Below, one piece after another: positions 54,291 to 64,000 of a stretch of DNA of 64,000 nucleotides (positions are counted from its first letter, which is position 1; each line of letters starts with the position of its first letter). The stretch is from an uncultured Gammaproteobacteria bacterium (lineage in GTDB: Bacteria > Pseudomonadota > Gammaproteobacteria > UBA9214): the NCBI GenBank assembly GCA_963701505.1, contig CAVOZZ010000011.1, positions 91,551-155,550 on the forward strand, given 5' to 3'. The notes beneath the pieces were generated by a model. It was not told the DNA's origin. It made no database searches and saw only the letters and a program-made list of their open reading frames with translations. A program made the position numbers and the translations under genes.

Positions 54291-55340
54291 GAACAACGCA
54301 GGCAGACCCGGCCCTGGCAAATTGTTCAGCGCCCTGTTGCTGTGCGCACTCGTGCTGGCAAGTACGCCACTGCAGGCCAAAAAGATCTATACCCTCAAGT
54401 TCGCAACGCTGGCGCCGGCGGGCACCACCTGGGTCAACATGTTGCAGGACTGGGCTGACGAGGTCAGAAGAGAAAGCCAGGGCAGACTGATGTTCAAGAT
54501 CTATCCCGGTGGCGTCCAGGGTGATGAACCGGATGTACTCAAGAAGATACGCTTCGGGCAGTTACAGGGTGGCGCATTCACCGGCTACGGTATCGGGCAG
54601 ATCTATTCACCGACTCGCGTGCTGGAACTGCCGTTCCTGTTCAACAACATCGAGGAAATTGACTACGTCCGCAAACAGTTCATGCCCGACATCGAGCAGG
54701 GTTACCGTGACAATGGCTATGAACTGCTCGGCTGGATGGAAGTCGGTTTTGTCTACTTCTTTTCACAACAACCGATTCAGTCGCTGGGTGACCTGCAGCA
54801 TCGACGCATCTGGAACTGGCAGGGTGACCCGATGGGCCAGGCCTTCTTCGATGCCAGCGGCCTGTCTCCGGTGCCGCTGTCAATCATTGATGTCTACACC
54901 AGCCTCTCGACCGGCTTGATCGATACCGTGTACGCACCCCCGCTTGGCGCGATTGCCATGCAGTGGTTTACGAAGACACGGTACATCACCGATGTTCCGA
55001 TGGCCAACGGCATCGGCTCGCTGATTGTCTCGCGGCGCTTTTACCAGGACCTGCCGCAGGATCTGCAGAAGCTGTTGAAAAGGACCGGTGAAGCAACCGG
55101 CGAGCGACTGATCAACGCCACCCGCCGTGACAATCTTGAAGGACTGGAGATACTCCAGCAGAGAGGCATGCAGCTGGTAGAAGGGTGACGAAGACCTGCA
55201 AAGCGGCGAGGTGGAAAATATCCGGATCCGTGCCGGTGAAATCCTGATGGCCAATGGTTACATACCGAAGACCGTCATCGACAAGGTCAACAACTGGCTC
55301 GCAGGACTATCGCGCCGGGAAAATGCAAGACTCCGTCAAT
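54289..55340 (+). CDS. TRAP transporter solute-binding protein (DctP/TatP family), C-terminal frameshift
   Basis: ORF 54289..55188 plus the C-terminal ~50 aa in another frame. Confidence 0.75.
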
Positions 55341-57101
55341 GTTGCCGAGTGAACCGCACTGGGTAACAAGCTTCCGCCATGCGCTCATGCGCATGGAAAC
55401 CTTCATGGCAGGCGCATCCCTGCTGCTGTTGCTGTCACTGGTTTTCGGGCAGGTGCTGGCACGTAATTTCTTCGAGTCAGGTATTCCGCAACGCCGACAT
55501 CCTGTCACGTTACATGGTGCTGTATGTTGCCTTCTTTGGTGCTGCACTGGCGGTTGAGACGACATAAACACATCCGCATCGATATCGTGGCGGCACTCAT
55601 GGACCCCCGTCGTATCAAAAAGCTGCAGGCACCCTTGTATCTCATTTCGGCGGTACTGTGCGGCATAATGACCTGGGCTGCCATGCGTTTCTGGTACGAT
55701 GACTGGCAGTATGTTGCCGAGCACGAACGCTGGTCATCGGTACTTGCACTGATTACACCGTTCGGTTTTTCCCTGTTGTCGCTGCACTTCCTGCTTGGCG
55801 GTTTGTTCGTACAGCCACCGGAAGCCCGTGAACGATTCATGACATTTGCGCTGATCGGGTTGCTGGTACTGCTGGCCCTGCTTGGCTTGCCCTTGTTTGT
55901 GGCACTCGCCGGTGGCAGTTTGCTGGCCACCTACAATGCCGGACTGGACCCGGCACTGCTTGCGGTTGAACTCAACCGGCTGGCCTCCTCACCGTACCTT
56001 GCTGCCATCCCGTTATTCACCTTCGCCGGCGTGGTGCTTGCGGCGGGGGGCGCGCCGCATCGCATGATCCAGCTGTTTAATGCCACTGTCGGCTGGTTAC
56101 CCGGTGGTATGGCGGGCGTCGCCATTGCTTCGTGCGCCTTCTTTACGGCCTTCTCCGGTGCATCCGGCGTCACTATTCTCGCGCTGGGGGGACTGATGTT
56201 CCCCATGCTGCTGCATGCCGGCTACAAGGAGCGCTTTACGCTGGGACTGCTGACGACCTCCGGTTCACTGGGACTGCTGTTCGCTCCAAGTCTTGCAATC
56301 CTGCTGTATGGCATCGTTGCCGGGGTCAGTATTGACGAGATGTTCCTTGCCGGCATTGTTCCGGGCGTGCTGCTGATGGTGTTGCTTGGCCTGTACGCGA
56401 TGTATATGGGTCGCAAGGCAGACGTCCCCCAGCACCGCTTTTCGTTTGCGGTTCTGGGCAAGGCCGCCAGTGAAGGCATCTGGGACCTGCTACTCCCCGT
56501 TGGCATACTCGTTGGCATCTTCGGTGGTTATGTCACCATCAGCGAGGCGTCTGCCTGTACCGCGGTCTATGTGTTACTACTGGAAAGCGTCGTTCACCGC
56601 GAGATTCACCTGTTCAAGCACCTGCCGGGATTACTCAGGGATACCGCCATTCTGGTTGGCAGCATCCTGATCATATTGAGTGTGGCCATGGGGCTGACAA
56701 ACCTGCTGATCGACGCACAGGTGCCCATGAAGATACTCGGCTGGATGAGTACCAATGTCGATTCGCAGCTGAAGTTCCTGCTGTTGCTGAATGCCTTTCT
56801 GCTGATCGTTGGCTGCATGATGGATATCTTCTCGGCCATCGTTGTGGTGGTGCCGCTGATCCTGCCAATTGCCGAGAGTTATGGCATACATCCGGTACAC
56901 CTGGGTATCATATTCCTTGCCAACCTTGAGATCGGCTACAGCACCCCGCCCGTCGGCATCAACCTGTTTATTGCCAGCCAGCGTTTCGGGCGCCCGATCC
57001 TGTCGCTGTTTCGCGCAGCCATTCCGTTCCTGGTACTGATGATCGGCTGGCTGGCACTGGTTACCTACATTCCGTTCATTTCCTTATGGTGGCAACCCTA
57101 G
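55339..57101 (+). CDS. TRAP transporter fused small/large permease (DctQM), frameshift in the Q portion
   Basis: DctQ-like 4-TM N-terminus (ORFs 55339..55557 and 55379..55567) followed by DctM in ORF 55524..57101. Confidence 0.75.
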
Positions 57102-57110
57102 TCGGCCGCA

Positions 57111-57848
57111 GTGACTCCCGGCCGGATTCCGGACAACGCATGCTACGACCCAGACACGTCAACACTGCAAAGTGTATCCTGGCTACTGACCTGTGTCGCA
57201 CTACTCTGCGGCTGCACCGACAGCACACCGCGCCTGCCGCAGCTGGCAGAGAACACAGTCATGCTGGCATTCGGTGACAGCCTGACCTACGGGACCGGCG
57301 CAAGTGAAAACCAGAGTTACCCGGCCGTGTTGTCACAACTGACCGGTCGCACCGTGATCAATGCAGGCATACCGGGTGAGGTGTCGGCACAGGGCCTTGA
57401 GCGCCTGCCGGCGCTGCTTGACCGTTATCGCCCGCAACTGCTGTTGCTTTGCCACGGAGGTAATGACCTGCTGCGGCGCATCAATACCTCGATCACCCGG
57501 TCAAACATCGAGGCCATGATCGAGACGGCAAGACAACGTAACATTCCGGTTCTGCTGATTGGTGTGCCGAAACCCGGTTTGATGTTTCTGGATACGGCGG
57601 ATATCTACAACGAGATCGCCGAGAAATACAAGCTTGTCTATGAAGATGAAATTCTGCCGGACGTGGAATCTGACAATGCGCTGAAGTCCGACCAGATTCA
57701 TCCCAATGCCGAGGGTTACCAGCGCATCGCGGCTGCCATCTACCGGTTACTGTACCAGGAGTGGCGCCCTGCCCTGATCCTGGTTCAGCCTGACAAAAGA
57801 TATTTTAGCCACGCAAGCACACGGAAAAACATGAAACATTTCTGCTAG
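57111..57848 (+). CDS. SGNH/GDSL hydrolase (TesA-like arylesterase/lysophospholipase) lipoprotein
   Basis: AFGDSLTYG serine motif, LLCHGGNDL block; the 3' end of the ORF reads into repeat copy E, so the true stop may be missing. Confidence 0.75.
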   Translation: MTPGRIPDNACYDPDTSTLQSVSWLLTCVALLCGCTDSTPRLPQLAENTVMLAFGDSLTYGTGASENQSYPAVLSQLTGRTVINAGIPGEVSAQGLERLPALLDRYRPQLLLLCHGGNDLLRRINTSITRSNIEAMIETARQRNIPVLLIGVPKPGLMFLDTADIYNEIAEKYKLVYEDEILPDVESDNALKSDQIHPNAEGYQRIAAAIYRLLYQEWRPALILVQPDKRYFSHASTRKNMKHFC

Positions 57849-57887
57849 GGTATTTTTCAGCCGTGTAATTCCGTGTGCTTCCGTGGC
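57808..57887. repeat. palindromic heptamer-array element, copy E
   Basis: GCCACGCAAGCACACGGAAAAACATGAAA ... AGCCGTGTAATTCCGTGTGCTTCCGTGGC; arms nearly identical to copy A. Confidence 0.85.
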
Positions 57888-57933
57888 TATCCTGTTTGTC
57901 TCAACAACTGCGATAAGCAGAAGGATCCCGGAA

Positions 57934-58630
57934 TCAGCTGCCTTTGACGACCGCCACATTGTTGCGCAAATACACGGGCACGGCTTCCTCCGGTGGCACC
58001 CTGACACCTTGCTGGAACGCCTGCACACCCAGCCGCGCCACGTCAGCGGCGCGCGGTTCAAGGTCCGGCAGCAGCCGAACCACCTGTCTACCCAGGCGTT
58101 GCATCAGTCGCTCACCGTAAGCGCCCCAGCCACTGCCGACACCCAACCCAGTCAGCCTGGCTGGACAATCCGGCACGCTGTCCGGGGTGCAGACACACTC
58201 ACTCGCCCTGCAGGACCAGGACGTCTCCCCGGTCCCGTGTAGCAGCCCCAGTAGATCTCGTCCTTGCGCGCATCCATGGCGGCCATCACCCGCGGCAGGT
58301 TCGATTCGCGCATGCCGCCCAGTGCCAGAGCCGCCAGTGTCGACACCGGGACAACCGGCAGCTCTGCCGCAAAGGCGATCCCCTGTACCATGCTGGCGGC
58401 AATACGAACACCGGTAAAGGAACCGGGGCCACGGCCAAAGGCAATGGCATCCAGTTGCTTCACCGTCAAACCTGCCTCCAGCAACAGGGATTCAATCATG
58501 GGCAACATCAAGGCGGCGTGTTGACGCGGCGCCAGTGCATAACGTTCCAGCACTTCACCGTCCACCGACAACGCCGCTGAACAGGCGGGGTTGAGGTTTC
58601 GATAGCCAGTAGTCTGAGTGACATGTGGAC
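57934..58630 (-). CDS. tsaB: tRNA threonylcarbamoyladenosine biosynthesis protein TsaB, frameshifted
   Basis: LLAIETSTPACSAALSVDG N-terminus in one frame, ORF 58152..58571, C-term ORF 57934..58176. Confidence 0.75.
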
Positions 58631-58786
58631 AGATAGCCTATTGCAGGATCAAGCGGCAGGTTCTGTGCACGATTGGAGCCGACAGCCGCAAAGAACGCAT
58701 GCACCTGTTGACGGTCACTGGTGCATGGCATCTGCGGCAGACTCTTCAGGAAGATACGACCGTAGGCCTTGCTGCGCAGGCGCGGA

Positions 58787-60594
58787 TCACATAATGACCA
58801 GCACCCCGCGATCGTGGCGGTCACGAATCAGCCGCCCGACACCCTGCTTCAGATTAATAACGGCATGCGGGTAGCTGGTAGGCCATGAAGGGATTGATGC
58901 CCTGCTGTCGCAATGCCTCGATACGTGCCTGCAGGATCGGATCACCGGGTGAACTGAACGGCAGCTTGTCAATGATGACACAGGAGAGCGCCTCACCACG
59001 CACATCGACACCTTCCCAGAAACTGCCGGTCCCCAGCAACACGGCATTACCCAGTTCCCTGAAGCGTTCCAGCAACTCCCGTCGCGGGGCAGTCCCCTGC
59101 ACCAGCAGCGGATAGTCGAGCGTATCGGCGAGCTGTGCCGCCGCTGCCTGCAACGCCGCAGTGGCTGGTAAACAGCACAAATGCCCGTCCGGCACTCGCC
59201 TGCAGCACATCACGCGCGCAGGCAACCACCGCATCCACATAAAAGCGTTCATTCGGTTCAGGCATGATTATCCGGCAAATACAGCAAGGCATTTTTACGG
59301 TAGTCAAACGGACTGTCCAGTTTCAGTTGCCGGGCACCCTCAAGCCCCAGTTGACCGGCGAAATGCTCGAAACTGTCACCCACCGCGAGGGTTGCAGAGG
59401 TAAACACCCAGGCACTGGACAGGTTGTCCAGGCAATTCCTGAACAGTGGGCGCAACATCCAGGGGGGTCAGGTTGAGGCGGAAGGAGGTGCGAAATGTCT
59501 CGAACCAGTGAATGTATTCACCGGACGCATGTTTCATCAGCAAGGCCAGGCGTTCGTTCAGCATCACGGCACGCACCCGGCAGCTCTCCAGGCCCTTGCC
59601 GCGCTCTGCGGCGAGCACCAGCCAGTCCGTCAACTGCTGCAGACAGGCGGACAATTGCAACAACGCATCCTGCAATGCCGGGTCGGCCGCGACCTCTGAC
59701 CAGGCTGCACGCCGGTCAGTCTGGCCCAGCGCCAGCCGCAGTTGATGCGTCACGGTTTCGAGCCGGTCTGCAGCCTCCGGCAAGTCCTGCATGTCACCGG
59801 CTTCGCGCACATGCTCCAGCCGCGTATCGCGCACCAGGTCACGCAACTGATGACTGCTCAGCGTGGTGCCGAAAAACACCGAGGCAACTTCGGGCAACTG
59901 GTGTGCCTCATCAATAATGAAGGCATCGGCACCGGGTAACAGCTCGCCAAATCCCTCTTCCCTCAACACCATGTCAGCAAATAGCAGGTGATGATTGATG
60001 ACGACGATGTCAGCTTCCAGCGCCTGACGTCTTGCCTTCACAACAAAACAGTCCTGGAAGTATTCACACTCCTGCCCGAGGCAATTCTCGACCGTCGAGG
60101 TCACCCGCGGCCAGATCGCGGAATCCTCCGGGACCCTGCCCAGCTCGGCAATATCACCGCTCGCGGTGCGTGCCGACCAGGCACGTATTTCTTCCAGCTC
60201 GTGCAACTGCCTGGCCGGATAACTGGCGGCCTTCACCGGCAGCGGTTCCCATACGATGCCAGCACAGGTAATTGGCCCGCCCCTTGAGCAAGGCAGACTG
60301 CACCGGCGCCTGCAGCGCAGCGCGAACCACGGGCAAGTCCTTGCCAAAGAGCTGGTCCTGAAGATGGCGGGTGCCGGTAGAGATGATGATTTTCTTTCCT
60401 GATTGCAGTGCCGGCATCAGGTAGGCAAAGGTTTTGCCGGTGCCGGTACCCGCTTCAACAATCAGGGTTTCATTTGCCGCGATGGTGTCGGCGGTTGCCT
60501 CCGCCATCAGCTGCTGTTCCTTGCGCTGCGAAAACCCCGGCACACTGCCTGCTAACGGCCCGGCATCCCCCAGCAGATCTGTGATTACGGACAC
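58787..60594 (-). CDS. DinG-family ATP-dependent helicase (YoaA-like), at least 4 frameshifts
   Basis: Walker A AGTGTGKT in ORF 60154..60594; helicase core in 59376..60347; VFTSATL motif in 59258..59458; C-term in 58854..59252 and 58787..59047. Confidence 0.75.
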
Positions 60595-60694
60595 TGGCAG
60601 ACAGCCGCTGATCAGCGAGCGCCCAGTTCCCGTGCACGCTGTTCAGCAGCAGCAGCACCCGTGCTGTCGTTCAGCTGCCGTCGCGCCTGCGCGA

Positions 60695-61189
60695 TCAGCA
60701 ACCAGTTGCGTGCTTGCTGGGCATAATTGCCGGGGGCAAGACTGTTTGACTTGCTCGGCCAGCTGCTCGGCCTGTGACTGGTTCGCCCTGTGAAAGCCGT
60801 ACCGTCGCCAGGTGATGCCAGAGGACAGGATTGCGCGGATCTATACGTATGGCACGCTCCAGTGATGCAGCAGCAGACTCCAGGTCACCGGCATTGGCCT
60901 GCTGTTCGGCCTGCTGCAGCAAGGCAACGACGGCCGGCGGCTGCGTGGCAGCCGTCACAGCGGTTGCCGTATTCGGGGCGGGTGCATAGCCAGGCGCATG
61001 TGGTTTCACCGCCGGCTGTTGGGCAGCTAGCCGGTTGTCCCTGCTCGACAACCGGCGTCGGCTGTCGTTGTGACGGCGCCGTGCTGCAGCCATGAACCAA
61101 CACCAGCAGCACAACAGCGACTGGCACACTGTAAGAAAGAGGCTAACTTCACTGAAATAACTCCTTGAACCAGTCAACCGGGCAGGCAA
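60695..61189 (-). CDS. TPR-repeat protein, possibly frameshifted
   Basis: LLQQAEQQANAGDLESAAASLERAIRIDPRNPVLWHHLA TPR-like helices. Confidence 0.4.
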   Translation of the reverse strand: MPARLTGSRSYFSEVSLFLTVCQSLLCCWCWFMAAARRRHNDSRRRLSSRDNRLAAQQPAVKPHAPGYAPAPNTATAVTAATQPPAVVALLQQAEQQANAGDLESAAASLERAIRIDPRNPVLWHHLATVRLSQGEPVTGRAAGRASQTVLPPAIMPSKHATGC

Positions 61190-61273
61190 TGCCTTTTCCC
61201 TTTCACACAGGGCGCATGCTGCACCGGTCCACTGCCGGTTATAAAGGGTAATTGTACGGCATCCGGGCAGTCG

Positions 61274-63479
61274 CTATCCGCCAGTAATCCGGTTTTCTGG
61301 ATCGATCCAGAGATAGTCGATATCTTCAACGGCCGGCTGTACCCAGCCGCTGTTAGTGAATTGCGTGAACAGGTCACGCCAGACACGCAGTGCACCACTG
61401 GTACCTGTCAGCCCGGTTGACTGGTTGTCATCACGACCTATCCACACAACACCGAGACGATCGCCGGTAAATCCGGCAAACCAGCTATCACGCAGATCAT
61501 CGGTGGTACCGGTCTTGCCGGCAACATCCACACTATCCGGCAGGGACTGGTAAATGCTGCGCCCGGTGCCCTCACGCACCACAAAACGCATGGCGGTGTT
61601 GATTAAAAAATCCGGCGCCGGTTCAATGGCTGACTGCACACTGAGGGGATAGCGCTGCAACGGGGCTTTATCGGCAGCGAGTACCGCATTGATGGCACGC
61701 AGGGGCGTGCGGAACCCGCCGCTGGCAAACGTCTGGTACATGTGCGTCACTTGCAAGGGCGACATTTCGACCGCACCCAGCACCAGCGAAGGATAGGGAT
61801 TCAGGTGTTGCTCCACACCCAGTCGCCGCAGTGTCTTGATAATGGATTCAATGCCCAGTTCCAGCCCAAGACGTGCCGTACTGACATTATAGGAATGTGC
61901 CAGCGCACGATACAAGGGCACCTGGCCGTGATTCTTCTTGTCATAGTTCCCGGGCTTGCCACACCGCGCCGTTACGCGCCGTAAACGTCAGATGGACTGT
62001 CATCCAGCAAGGTCGCCAGCGTGTAGCGCTTCGATTGTTCCAGTGCCGTCAGGTAAACAGCCGGTTTCAGCAAGGAGCCGACCTGCCGATGCGCATCCAG
62101 TGCGCGGTTGAAGCCTGCAAATGCCGGGTCACGACCACCGGCCAGTGCCAGCACCTCCCCTCCCTGCACCGAGGTGACGACTGCTGCACCTTCCAGCGTG
62201 CTGGCTTGCAGTCCACGGTCGCGTTCCAGCCTCCTTGAGGCGTGACCCCAGTACGCGCTCCAGTTGCCACTGCACCTGTGGATCCAGTGTCGTAAATATA
62301 CTCAGCCCCTCGGAGGTAATATCTTCATCCCGGTAGTCACGTTGTAACTGGCGACGCACCAGGTCGAGGAATGCCGGAAAGGTGTTGATGGCCTTTCTCT
62401 GGTAATCGCTGACACCCAGCTTGCTGGCCTTTGCCCGTGCCGATTCCTCCGGCTGTGATGAGTTCGAGTTGCGCCATCACATCGAGCACCAGGTTGCGCC
62501 GTGCGCTTGCACGTTCCGGGTGTCGTCTGGGATTATAGTAGGAGGGTCCCTTCACCATGCCGACCAGCAGTGCATACTGATCGATGCTCAATTCTGCCAG
62601 CGGCCGTTCGAAATAAAAATAACTGGCAAGCCCGAAACCGTGAATGGCGCGGTTACCATCCTGGCCAAGATAGACCTCGTTCAGGTAGGCCTCGAGGATT
62701 TCGTCCTTGTTGTAATGCCACTCCAGCAACAGGGACATGATCGCTTCATTAATCTTGCGTGTCAGTGAACGCTCACTGCTGAGAAAGAAATTCTTCACCA
62801 GTTGCTGGGTCAGGGTACTCCCACCCTGCACCACACCGCCTGCGCGGATATTCGCAAACAAGCGCACGCGCGATTGCCGCAGGTGACACGCCATGGTGTG
62901 AATAGAAGTCACGGTCTTCGATGGCAATCAGCGCATCCGTCAGGCTTACCGGGACTTCGTCGAGCTGCAGCAAGACACGGTCTTCATTGTGTGCCGGGTA
63001 AAAGCTGCCGACCAGCACCGGGTCCAGCCGTAGCAGGCTGAGTGCCGTTGCCGCTACCGGCAGCAGTCAGCCTCGCCAGTTTGCCTGCGGAAAATGTCAA
63101 GCGGACACTGGCGGGGGCATCCTGTCCATCCCAGAAATCAAAAGGCCGTGATATCAGGTGGAATTCATTATTGTTTCTTGAAAACTGACCGGATTCCCGC
63201 GGTGTCACCACAGGACGATAGTGCAACGCCTTCAACTCGGTCACAAACTGTTCTGCGGTCATCTCCAGCCCGGCATACAATTCCAGTGGACGCGCATAGA
63301 CGCGCGCCGGCAATGACCAGCGTTTGCCGGTGAACTGGTGGCGCACCTGGAAGTCCAGATAAGTAACATAAGCGGCCAGCAGAATCGCCAGCAGCAGCGC
63401 AGATACGGATCCAGAGGGGACGACGCGATACGACTTTCCGACGGGACTTTTTTCGCCCGCGTCTGCGGCGTTTGGCCAT
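61274..63479 (-). CDS. mrcB: penicillin-binding protein 1B (bifunctional transglycosylase/transpeptidase), at least 5 frameshifts
   Basis: N-terminal basic tail MAKRRRRGRKKSRRK; UB2H domain in ORF 62984..63346; transglycosylase GGSTLTQQLVKN in 62337..62927; transpeptidase KTGTT in 61274..61921. Confidence 0.8.
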
Positions 63480-63568
63480 TTGTGAAAATACCTGCTGGAG
63501 TTTGTGATTGAGGTTGCGGGTCATCATACCCGAATCGCTGAAAACTGCATCAAGCACCTTTTACGGGC

Positions 63569-63593
63569 AAAAAAATCCCCGGACAGGCCGGGG
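63569..63593 (-). terminator. rho-independent terminator downstream of the PEP-CTERM gene
   Basis: On the - strand, hairpin CCCCGG-cctgt-CCGGGG followed by ATTTTTTTG. Confidence 0.6.
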
Positions 63594-63619
63594 AGAATTT
63601 ACGGAGACTTAAAATTCGT

Positions 63620-64000
63620 TTACTGCTTGCGACGTCGTGCCATGCCAATTAGACCAATCAGGCCAGAGCCGAATAACCATAAAGCGGCGGGTACCGGCAC
63701 TACAGTGAATTCAGCGCGTACCAGCATGTCATCAAAGTCACTGTCCATTCCGGGACCCGTGTTTCGATAATTGTCATTGTAGGCAAGCACGAGATCCGAC
63801 GTACTGGTGCTGGTCATAATCCCCAGGCCACGAAGATTGGTGCCGCTGGCATTATCCACCGGGGTCAGCGCACTGGAAGTAGCGCTGGTGAACCTGAAAT
63901 CCAGGATTTCTCCGGCAGCCACATTGATGGAAAAACTTTGCCAGCCATCCCAGTCAAAACTGTCATTGTTTTCGGTGATCGTGCTTGAGGAACCGGATTT
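63620..64000 (-). CDS. PEP-CTERM sorting-domain protein (C-terminal part; N-terminus beyond window)
   Basis: C-terminus VPVPAALWLFGSGLIGLIGMARRRKQ: PEP-like motif, TM helix, basic tail. Confidence 0.7.
   Translation of the reverse strand, partial: KSGSSSTITENNDSFDWDGWQSFSINVAAGEILDFRFTSATSSALTPVDNASGTNLRGLGIMTSTSTSDLVLAYNDNYRNTGPGMDSDFDDMLVRAEFTVVPVPAALWLFGSGLIGLIGMARRRKQ

Overview
High-GC (~60%) gammaproteobacterial chromosome segment, essentially all coding. Gene order over ~45 kb matches the Pseudomonas-type core block rpoS-nlpD-pcm-surE-truD-ispF-ispD-ftsB-eno-kdsA-pyrG-tilS-accA-dnaE-rnhB-lpxB-lpxA-fabZ-lpxD-skp-bamA-rseP-dxr-cdsA-uppS-frr-pyrH-tsf-rpsB / map-glnD-dapC-dapD-dapE. It is flanked by recJ and a thrC-hom-aminotransferase threonine cluster at the left, and by a TatT-type TRAP transporter, tsaB, a DinG-family helicase, mrcB and a PEP-CTERM protein at the right. 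Lineage-specific insertions relative to that synteny are a membrane GGDEF diguanylate cyclase between dnaE and rnhB, and a ~4.3 kb island between glnD and dapC (MBL-fold hydrolase of lower GC, DUF4403-like protein, VOC/glyoxalase, EamA transporter). Two points stand out. (1) A previously undescribed-looking family of ~70-80 bp intergenic palindromic elements with 19-21 bp near-perfect inverted arms, each arm an array of CACGGAA-like heptamers at ~10 bp phase; four clear copies, one decayed copy and one minimal palindrome. (2) Very many +/-1 frameshifts interrupt essential genes (dnaE, pyrG, eno, accA, bamA, lpxB, lpxD, dxr, tilS, truD, mrcB and others) in blocks 7-37 kb and 53-63 kb, while 0-7 kb and 37.4-53.4 kb are almost free of them (glnD 908 aa, recJ, lpxA, fabZ, uppS, frr, tsf, rpsB, map, dapCDE). 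Several resolved lesions are single-base insertions in short homopolymers, so this is most likely sequencing or assembly indel error rather than pseudogenisation. No rRNA, tRNA, CRISPR or transposase genes were recognised.
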